From Lysobacterales bacterium (GTDB lineage Bacteria > Pseudomonadota > Gammaproteobacteria > Xanthomonadales > SZUA-5): a DNA stretch of 64,000 bases. The position numbers and the translations under genes were made by a program. Position 1 is the first letter of the stretch, and each line of letters begins with the position of its first letter. The notes under the pieces were generated by a model. That model was not told the origin of the DNA, did not search any database, and saw only the letters and a program-made list of their open reading frames with translations. Of the stretch, positions 57,601 through 64,000 are shown in pieces. The stretch covers positions 29,573 through 93,572 of the forward strand of contig JALHMH010000017.1 of NCBI GenBank assembly GCA_022844165.1. The letters are read 5' to 3'.

Positions 57601-57726
57601 TGCGCTCAAGCCCAGGGCACCATCAGGAATACTGTTGGCCAGCGAGGCATGCGCCAATGGCGCTTGGCAGAACAAGATGCAGGCGCCAGAAAACATCATG
57701 GCTTTGACTTTCGAGAAACGACGCAT
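54601..57726 (-). CDS. Secreted FG-GAP (integrin-alpha-like) repeat protein with C-terminal FRNGFE
   Basis: Signal peptide; 14 GD.N.DG..D...G.. repeats; GAGGGGG RBS before ATG 57726. Confidence 0.9.
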   Translation of the reverse strand: MRRFSKVKAMMFSGACILFCQAPLAHASLANSIPDGALGLSAISAQSGYSVANAGDLNGDGFQDMAVGVYGYSNSETNEGAVVIYFGSAAGVDLTADAVLELNQAGARFGASVAGAGDVNGDGFDDLIVGAPFFDSGDTDGGRAFLFYGGSGAFNTAVDGVLGLSQNAAFFGVSVAGAGDVNGDGYADVLVGSSGFDGAATNTGAALLYFGGPGVFDTTVDANLQSAIGNVRFGSSLAGVGDVNGDGFADIVIGSPFYVNGQTNEGAAFLYLGGAGAFNTATDAHYEIDQVNAEFGTSVAAAGDINGDGYSDVIVGALRYDNGQTDEGGAFVYYGGATINNVLDATLESNQAGAAMGMAVASLGDVNADGYGDIVVGSPLFDGSSADSGQLWVYLGGAGGIVGTPYKQFDAGLAQPVRLGFALSGGDFNGDGYTDLIAGMPDFTGVSNNQGRALVYFGGTIIDSGIADAHVESGQGSGQLGHSVATGDVNGDGYADLVSGAFGFDAGNVNTGRVSLYFGGASGFNTSADAQLNGPLADMRAGGSVAVGDINSDGYGDIIVGAPEYSNGSNLEGATLIYLGGPGPFNTQIDATIEINQAGANFGHSVAYAGDVNGDGFGDFLVGAPNFDGASSDEGAMFLFFGGANIETTADATLLGGQGSAFLGWRVAGAGDLNGDGFADIAAGGIGFDISGNTNAGVVNVYFGGTSFDTSFDAQIDGGQSNARLGSALAGAGDVNGDGFSDLLVGANEYDNGQVDEGRAYIYRGGAGAFATTPHATLEINQIDAGFGSAVAGVGDVNGDGFADVLIGAPEFDVVASNNEGAAFLYLGSSGVFVTTHSVRMSQQQSTTRLGFAVALGDVNGDGYADPIIGAPSFDGGTAADEGSASVYLSNTIGKAVLPQQFSGLTTGPIDHWGRSQNPDGFTVAMTSVSSRGRERSKLELEACPPGAAFGAGSCLRFVTPNWVDTTATANGTVIASIANSLVLNRIYSWRTRALYAPFTVTQSGIIAPTNPRRGPWRRMRAAADAGDVRIVEFMFRNGFE

Positions 57727-57928
57727 GGATTCCCCCTCAAGATCGAGTACGCGCAGATGCGCATCGGCAGTCGTTGCGACGATGGACATTTGCATGTGAC
57801 TAGTCTTGAAGTGGCGGGCTCGCGTCGCATCGCTGGTTCAAGGGAGGCAGAATCCGGCCATTCGCGCCCCGGTGCCTGCAGCACACCGTAACGCGCGGGG
57901 CGTTATGGCTATTCAATGATGGCTCTAG

Positions 57929-57986
57929 CGAGGCTTAGCCTCAGACCGCCGAGCATTGCTGGCTTCGCCAGACACCGTACTTGCCA
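57929..57986 (-). repeat. 58-bp dispersed repeat, copy 2
   Basis: Reverse complement matches 32428-32485 at 47/58; contains TGGC-GAA-GCCA and GAGGC-TAA-GCCTC mini-hairpins. Confidence 0.75.
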
Positions 57987-58027
57987 ACCCCTGCAGAGCG
58001 AGCCCGGACATGTGCCGAACTCGCGAC

Positions 58028-58068
58028 TTGAGAAACGAACAGGAAGTGCGTTTCTCAACAACGTGCCA
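58028..58068. repeat. Inverted repeat with an IS-end-like motif
   Basis: TTGAGAAACG (58028-58037) pairs with CGTTTCTCAA (58049-58058). 58050-58068 matches each end of the 27317-27401 element at 16/19. Confidence 0.55.
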
Positions 58069-58087
58069 GCCTCTTGAGTTGCGAGTC

Positions 58088-59536
58088 TTATTGGCTGCGA
58101 CGATGCAGCCGTACCGGCATACGCTTGGGCGTCACCGTGAAGGCCAATACTTCTTCGAGATCAGCACTGGGGATGGTCAACTCGACGCGGAAGTGGGCGA
58201 GCAACATGGAGAGCACCATGCGCACTTCGACCATGGCCAAATGCCGGCCTGGACAGATGCGCGGCCCGGTCCCGAATTGCAGGAAGGCACGTTTGTCATG
58301 CACGCCGTCGCGCGCCTCGCGCAGCCAGCGTTGTGGTCGAAACTGCGCTGGGTTGTCGAAGTATTGTGCCGATTGCAGCGCCGGGCGATGGATCATGCAG
58401 ATGCGTTCGCCTTTGCGCACCAGAACATCGCCGACGACCTGATCGGATGTGGGCGTCATCATGAAAATGCCGATGGTCGGGCGCAGACGCATGCTCTCCT
58501 GCACCGTCGCTTCGCAGAGGTCCAACCGTTCCAGTTGCGCAATGCTCGGGCACACTAACGAATCTCCGAGAGCGGCTCGCGATTCTTGCGCGAGTGCTTC
58601 TTGCGCGTCGGTGTTCTCGGCCAGGAACGGCATGCACCAACTGAGCGAGTTGGCGGTGGTGTCTTCGCCGGCGAGCAGTAAGGTCAGCACGTTGGCGCGA
58701 ATGCGGCGATCGTCGAGCAGCGACTCGCCGCTCTGTGCCTGCATCAGCATCGCTTCCAGCAAGTGCCGAGGTCTTCCCGGCTCACGCTGCCGCAGTTGTT
58801 CGCGGCCGCGCGCGATCAGCGCGTCCACATGTCCATGCACCGCCTTCAGCGCCCGCTGAAGGCGGCGTTCGCCAGGCGAGGGCAGCCACCGCCACCAATG
58901 GATCGGCGTCATGATTCGGCGCAACAGCGCCGGGAAAATGAGCGCCATGTGTTGTTGGATGCGATCGCCGGATTGATCGATGGTATTGGGGTCTTCGCCG
59001 AAGGCGAGCGCGCTGGTGACATCGACCGTGTAACGCATCAGCTCATCGGTCATGTCGACAATTTCGCCCGTCGCTGACGCCCGCTCGAATCGGCGATAGA
59101 GGCGCTCGGTCACGCGCTGCAAAAGTGGAAAGAATTCGGGAAGATGCGTGTGGTTGAGCGCCTGCATGATCAGCTTGCGCTGCGGCAACCACTCCTCACC
59201 CTCAGCGGTGAACAGACCGTCAAAGCCCATCTCTTGTGCCGCCAGTCGCACCGGCGTCGAGCGCTGCCAATCGTGCGGGCGCTGGCGCAAGATCTGCTGG
59301 AACGCCGCCACATCATCGGACACGATGATCGGGTCGCCCATCATGTTGAGGCGAAACGGCGAGCCGAACTCTCGCGCCCAGGCCTCCATTTGCAGATGCA
59401 GGCGTTCGGGGCGTACTTGATGCGCATTGCCGATGATCGGCAAGCCCTTGGGGCCTGGCAGCGATTCGGCAGTTCTGGCGGTTGCGACGTTCATTCTGTC
59501 AAAAGGTATCGCAAATCGCGGCGGTGACGGTAGCAT
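58088..59536 (-). CDS. Cytochrome P450
   Basis: PGPKGLPIIG, AGEDTT (I-helix), ESMR (ExxR), FRPQRW, FGTGPRICPG heme ligand. Confidence 0.95.
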   Translation of the reverse strand: MLPSPPRFAIPFDRMNVATARTAESLPGPKGLPIIGNAHQVRPERLHLQMEAWAREFGSPFRLNMMGDPIIVSDDVAAFQQILRQRPHDWQRSTPVRLAAQEMGFDGLFTAEGEEWLPQRKLIMQALNHTHLPEFFPLLQRVTERLYRRFERASATGEIVDMTDELMRYTVDVTSALAFGEDPNTIDQSGDRIQQHMALIFPALLRRIMTPIHWWRWLPSPGERRLQRALKAVHGHVDALIARGREQLRQREPGRPRHLLEAMLMQAQSGESLLDDRRIRANVLTLLLAGEDTTANSLSWCMPFLAENTDAQEALAQESRAALGDSLVCPSIAQLERLDLCEATVQESMRLRPTIGIFMMTPTSDQVVGDVLVRKGERICMIHRPALQSAQYFDNPAQFRPQRWLREARDGVHDKRAFLQFGTGPRICPGRHLAMVEVRMVLSMLLAHFRVELTIPSADLEEVLAFTVTPKRMPVRLHRRSQ

Positions 59537-59677
59537 GATTCTCCATTCAGACGATCATCAAGTCGGCTCTCTTCGCCCGATCACGAAATGGCTCTATTGA
59601 GCGTGTCAGTGACAGAGCCCGAGATGGCGCTTCGGCTTCGATCCCTCAGTGAGGCTCGATTGCCAGTTTCTTGACGC

Positions 59678-62600
59678 CTACGGACCCTGCACGATCACGG
59701 TGGCACTGTCGGAAATGGGCGCCGCCCCGGTGACCAGATTGGGGTCGGTACCATCGACGCCGCCTTCGCTCGTGGCGAGGTTGGTCATCTCCGCCATGTT
59801 CACGATGCTCTGACTCGGCGTCACGCTGGCGAGTATCAGATCGTACTGGAGGACGATGGTGTTCGAGCCGTTCGTGATGAACGTGACTGGCGGATTGTCG
59901 TCGGCGTTCACCGGCGGCGTGGATTCGCGGCGGCTCAGCGAGCCAGCGCGATCGTCCGGCACTTGCCCCATGCCGTTGATATTGCCCGTGGTGTAGTTGT
60001 CCGAGAGCAGCAACTGGAACGCGCCGTTCGCGGGTTGGTAGATCGCATAGTAGTCCTGCGTGGTCGCTTGCAACGTGTAGTTGACAGCGCTCGTGTTGAG
60101 CGTGAAGACCGCACCGGCCTGGAAGTAGCGGTTAGCACTCGTGCCACCCATGATCGCGACGAATGACGCAGACACTTCGCTCGCCGTGTCGAAAGCGACG
60201 TCGCGGGTGAGCGTCACGCGATTCGTGTTGGAGTCGACGAGGGTCACGCGATACACGCCGTTCTGCGACGCAGTGGCTTGGTTCTTGACCAGAACCGGGT
60301 CGCCTAACTTGAGTATCACGCCGTCCAGCGCGCGATTTACGTTCGTGAACTGACCTCCGCCCGTTACGGAAAATGCGAGGCCGGTTCCATTGAGTGCAAC
60401 AGCGGTCGCAACGCGCGCGAACCCTTGAACCTCCGCGAAGCTGCTCAGCAGCGTGCCATCACCCCGGCGCACGTTCAAGTTCAGGCCGGCAAACGTGCTC
60501 GGGATGGCATAGCCCGGTTGCGCTCTGTCGTCGATGATGACGTCGTAGGCGTCGCCGCGGCCGGTATTCTGCGCGACGATGGCGTACCGCACACGGTCGC
60601 CCGCAGACACGCCGACGAGGTCCGCGGCCCCGATGGCATCAGCCTCTTGGGGCGTGTCGACGATACCGGTGAAACTCGCCGTGCTCGCCGCGAGCGGCGG
60701 ATCGTTCGGCGCAGCGAAGGTAATGCCGCCCAGCGTGCGCCCGGCGTTTCCGAACCCGACGATGCCTTTGTCGATAGACGCGACCGGCCGCACGAGTTGG
60801 GTACGGCGCAGGGCATCGACGGTGGTGGTGCCATCGTTCACCCGCAGCTGGTTCGAGAGGAACAGATCGCTGGCGAACGTGTCGCCGCTCACCTGGAAGG
60901 TAGCCAGCAGCGAAATGGTCGTTGTGCGGGCCTGCACGTCTTCAAAGTCGCCGAAATTGAGCTCGAGCGTGTTCGTCAACTCATCTGTGGTAATCGACGT
61001 TCCGACCACCAGGCTTGAGAACAGAGCATTGCCGTTGGTCCCATCGAAGGTGCTGAAGAATGTGTCGTCCTCGGCGACTTCGATTTCGTAAAGGGCGAAC
61101 GAGTTGTCGTTGCTGCGGTCAAACGTGTACTGCGAAGCCGGGCCGACCTGCATGACCTCCAGCGGCGGAACATCGAGCAGCAGCAAGTCGTCGAAACGGC
61201 TGATCGGCAACGTGTATGTGAGCTTGTAGGTGATGCGGTCGCCGGCCTGGACGCTGAACACGGTGTCCGCGACGCCCTGCGGCGGGATTTGCGCGTTGTT
61301 GATCGCGAATACGGTCTTGGTGGGCACGGCAAAGACGCTGAAAGTACGCACCACGTCGGCCACCGGATTCTGCGGCGGATCGATCGTGTCGCTATCGCCG
61401 ATTTGCGCGGCCACGGCGGTGGCAGTGCAGCTCGCGCCGGCTGTGAGCGGATTGGTCGGCGTGAAGGTCAGCGTTGGCGTACCGCCGCCGGAGATGGCGC
61501 CGGCCACCGCGCCACCACAGTTCAGTGTGATTGCGGTGCCGAGATTGGCGACATTCTCATCGAAGGTGAAGCTCACGGTTTGACCGGTGCCAACCACCGC
61601 AGCGGCGGCTGGCGTGGCGCTGACGAAAGCCGGCGCGGCATCGACCGTGAAGTTGACGGTGCTGTTCGCCAGCGGGTTCTGCGGTGGATCGAATGCATCC
61701 GCATCGTTGATCTGCGCGGCGACGGCAGTTGCCGTGCAGCTTGCGCCGGCCGGCAACGGATTGGTCGGCGTGAACGTCAGTGTTGCGGAACCTGAGCCGC
61801 TGATCGCGCCGGCAATCGCGCCGCCGCAATTGAGCGTGATGGCGCCACCAGCATCGGTGACCGCTTCGTTGTAGGTGAAGCTCACGGTCTGCGCGGTGTT
61901 GACCACGGCCGCAGCGGCCGGTGTGCTGCTGACCAGCGCCGGTGCCGCGTCGACAGTGAAGGTCGCAACGTACGGGCCGACCGGGTTGTTCGGCGGATCG
62001 ATGGTGTCGACGTCCTGCACGGCTGCAGCCGGTACGGTGAGCGTGCAGGTGCCCGATGGCAGTGGTGCGGTGTATGGCAACGTCAAACTTGTGACGTTGG
62101 TGCCGGTGGCGCCGATCAACAAATTCGGGCCGCCGCAGGTGAGCGTGCTGAGGGAGGCGACGTTCACCGGTTCGCTGAAGTTCAACACGATGGTCGCGTT
62201 GTTGGCGATCGTCGCCCCACTGGCTGGCGTGCTGGTGACGACCGGTGCGGAATCGACGTTGACGGTAATGGTGTTGGTATCGATCTGTGCACCACCCGAA
62301 CCGGTGTTGCCCTGATCGTTCGTGATCATGGTGATCGTGCGCGCAGCCGTTGTGCCCACGACTGGCGTGTAGGTCAAGCTGCCGCTGGGGCCATTCAGCG
62401 CCGCATTCAATGCGGTCAGTGTGCCCGTGGCGATGACTTGCTCGGTGCCGTTGCCAGTGAGCGTGGTTAACGCGCCGCCGGGATTGGCCAGCGTCAGCGT
62501 GCCGTTGGCCGCAGCGCCGGTGCCGAACGAGACTTGCAGGATGCCGGCCGCGGCGTCGAGATCGGCGATGCTGATGGCATTCGTGTTGGTCGTGCTGAAC

Positions 62601-64000
62601 ACGACCGGCGTGCCATCGCCGGTGGTCTGCGCGCCCGGCACCGTGTTCACCGGCGCATCGTTCACTGCGTTGACCGTGATCGTGAATGTCTGCGCCGCAC
62701 TGGTGTTGGCATTCGGCGGCGGTGCACCCGGGCCGTTGTCGCTCAAGGTCAAGGTAATCGTCGCCACGCCATTGGCATTGGCCGCTGGCGTATAGGTCAG
62801 CACGCCGGTGTTGCTGACCGCCGGTGCCGTACTGAACAACGCAGCGTTGGTATTGCCAGTGATGTTGAAAGTCAGCGTCTGACCGGCCTCATCCGCAGGA
62901 CCAGGGCTGATTGCGGTCGCCCACGGATTGACCGTTTGCGCACCGGCATCCTCATTCACCGTCTGGTTGGCGCCAGCGGTAAAGCTCGGCGCATCGTTGA
63001 TCGGAGTCACGGTGATGGTGAAGCTCTGGTTCGCGCTGGTGTCAACGCCGCCACCGGCGGTGCCGCCATCGTCCTGAAGGTTCAGCGTGATCGTCGCCGT
63101 ACCATTGGCGTTGGCTGCCGGGGTGTAGGTGAGCACGCCGGCGGCGCTGATCGTCGGACCCGCACTGAACAACGCCGCGTTGGTGTTGCCGATGACGTTG
63201 AAGGTCAGGTTCTGGGTGACTTCCGGATCGCCATCGTTGATAGCCGTGGCCCACGGGTTCACCGTCTGCGGACCGGCATCTTCGTTGACGGTCTGGTTCG
63301 GGCCGGCCGTGAAACTCGGCGCATCATTGATGCCAGACACGGTGATCGTGAAGGTCTGCGGCGCGCTGATATTGACGTTCGGCGCCACGTTCGAACCATT
63401 GTCCTGCAGGCGCACTTCAACGGTCGCTACGCCATTGGTGTTGGGCGCCACGGCGTAAGTCAGCGTTCCAGTCGTTGCATCGATTGCAGGCGGCGTGGTG
63501 AAAGCGAGGTTGCTCGTCGTTCCAGTGACCGTCGGCAGGAATGTCAGCGTTTGGGTGAGTTCCGGGTCGCCATCGTTCATGGCCGTCGCCCATCCGGCCA
63601 CGGTCTGCGCAGCAGCGTCTTCGTTGATCGTCTGATTCGGACCCGCAGTGAAGGTCGGCGCATCGTTGACCGCGGTGACCGTGATCGTGAAGCTCTGCGT
63701 GGCGGATTGATTGACGCCACCATTCGCAGTGCCGCCATCGTCGTCCAGACGCAGCGTGATCGTAGCGACGCCGTTTGCATTGGCGGCAGGCGTGTAGGTC
63801 AACACGCCCGTCGGGCTGATCGCCGGTGCGGCACTGAACAGCGCGGCATTGGTATTGTTGGTGACAACGAAGGTCAGCGCTTGCGTGACTTCCGGGTCGC
63901 CATCGTTGATCGAGGTGGCCCATGGGTTCACCGTCTGCGCGCCCGCATCCTCGTTGACCGTCTGGTTCGGGCCCACCGTGAAGCTCGGGACATCGTTGAC
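59678..64000 (-). CDS. Giant surface adhesin, 3' part: cadherin-like/Big repeats, three Ig-like repeats, two isopeptide-D2/DUF11-like domains (5' end outside window)
   Basis: Frame is open to the window edge (VNDVPSFTVGPNQ). Repeats VNDAP.FTAG.NQTVNEDA...GVLTYTPAANANG, repeats DAAP..VS.TPA...DPPQNP, and GDRITYKLT / GDRVRYAIVAQNTG. Confidence 0.88.
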   Translation of the reverse strand, partial: VNDVPSFTVGPNQTVNEDAGAQTVNPWATSINDGDPEVTQALTFVVTNNTNAALFSAAPAISPTGVLTYTPAANANGVATITLRLDDDGGTANGGVNQSATQSFTITVTAVNDAPTFTAGPNQTINEDAAAQTVAGWATAMNDGDPELTQTLTFLPTVTGTTSNLAFTTPPAIDATTGTLTYAVAPNTNGVATVEVRLQDNGSNVAPNVNISAPQTFTITVSGINDAPSFTAGPNQTVNEDAGPQTVNPWATAINDGDPEVTQNLTFNVIGNTNAALFSAGPTISAAGVLTYTPAANANGTATITLNLQDDGGTAGGGVDTSANQSFTITVTPINDAPSFTAGANQTVNEDAGAQTVNPWATAISPGPADEAGQTLTFNITGNTNAALFSTAPAVSNTGVLTYTPAANANGVATITLTLSDNGPGAPPPNANTSAAQTFTITVNAVNDAPVNTVPGAQTTGDGTPVVFSTTNTNAISIADLDAAAGILQVSFGTGAAANGTLTLANPGGALTTLTGNGTEQVIATGTLTALNAALNGPSGSLTYTPVVGTTAARTITMITNDQGNTGSGGAQIDTNTITVNVDSAPVVTSTPASGATIANNATIVLNFSEPVNVASLSTLTCGGPNLLIGATGTNVTSLTLPYTAPLPSGTCTLTVPAAAVQDVDTIDPPNNPVGPYVATFTVDAAPALVSSTPAAAAVVNTAQTVSFTYNEAVTDAGGAITLNCGGAIAGAISGSGSATLTFTPTNPLPAGASCTATAVAAQINDADAFDPPQNPLANSTVNFTVDAAPAFVSATPAAAAVVGTGQTVSFTFDENVANLGTAITLNCGGAVAGAISGGGTPTLTFTPTNPLTAGASCTATAVAAQIGDSDTIDPPQNPVADVVRTFSVFAVPTKTVFAINNAQIPPQGVADTVFSVQAGDRITYKLTYTLPISRFDDLLLLDVPPLEVMQVGPASQYTFDRSNDNSFALYEIEVAEDDTFFSTFDGTNGNALFSSLVVGTSITTDELTNTLELNFGDFEDVQARTTTISLLATFQVSGDTFASDLFLSNQLRVNDGTTTVDALRRTQLVRPVASIDKGIVGFGNAGRTLGGITFAAPNDPPLAASTASFTGIVDTPQEADAIGAADLVGVSAGDRVRYAIVAQNTGRGDAYDVIIDDRAQPGYAIPSTFAGLNLNVRRGDGTLLSSFAEVQGFARVATAVALNGTGLAFSVTGGGQFTNVNRALDGVILKLGDPVLVKNQATASQNGVYRVTLVDSNTNRVTLTRDVAFDTASEVSASFVAIMGGTSANRYFQAGAVFTLNTSAVNYTLQATTQDYYAIYQPANGAFQLLLSDNYTTGNINGMGQVPDDRAGSLSRRESTPPVNADDNPPVTFITNGSNTIVLQYDLILASVTPSQSIVNMAEMTNLATSEGGVDGTDPNLVTGAAPISDSATVIVQGP

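Noticed and set aside
54601-64000. Regular nucleotide repeats suggesting a CRISPR or DGR-type array
   Set aside because: They are in-frame protein repeats (FG-GAP, cadherin/Ig-like) with variable copies. No constant repeat-spacer pattern, cas gene or reverse transcriptase is present.

Overview
GC-rich bacterial chromosome segment (roughly 60-63% GC by eye). Gene content and order (rubredoxin/thiE, XanB2-like chorismatase, TIGR02449-zapA-6S RNA-ygfA-EVE, mtnBDC, nnr-tsaE/queG, GFE-tagged secreted proteins) point to a Gammaproteobacterium of the Xanthomonadales/Lysobacterales (inference). It holds about 55 CDS, one 6S RNA, an intact type I Wadjet (jetABCD) and several large secreted proteins: an S8 protease, a 14-repeat FG-GAP protein and a giant Ig/cadherin-like adhesin cut by the right edge. 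I saw no tRNA, rRNA, CRISPR array, integrase or transposase. The best candidate for an undescribed system is an operon divergent from an FtrA/GlxA-type regulator. It encodes a secreted M1-aminopeptidase-fold protein whose Zn ligands and catalytic residues are all replaced, followed by DUF1272, GNAT and GST genes. Other notable items are a phage-structural-like domain inserted in the adhesin, an F-x-NGFE tag at opposite termini of two secreted proteins, a 58-bp dispersed repeat linked to IS-end-like inverted repeats, a G-rich heptamer inverted-repeat element, and two further apparent pseudo-enzymes. All family assignments are by motif recognition only; no searches were run.
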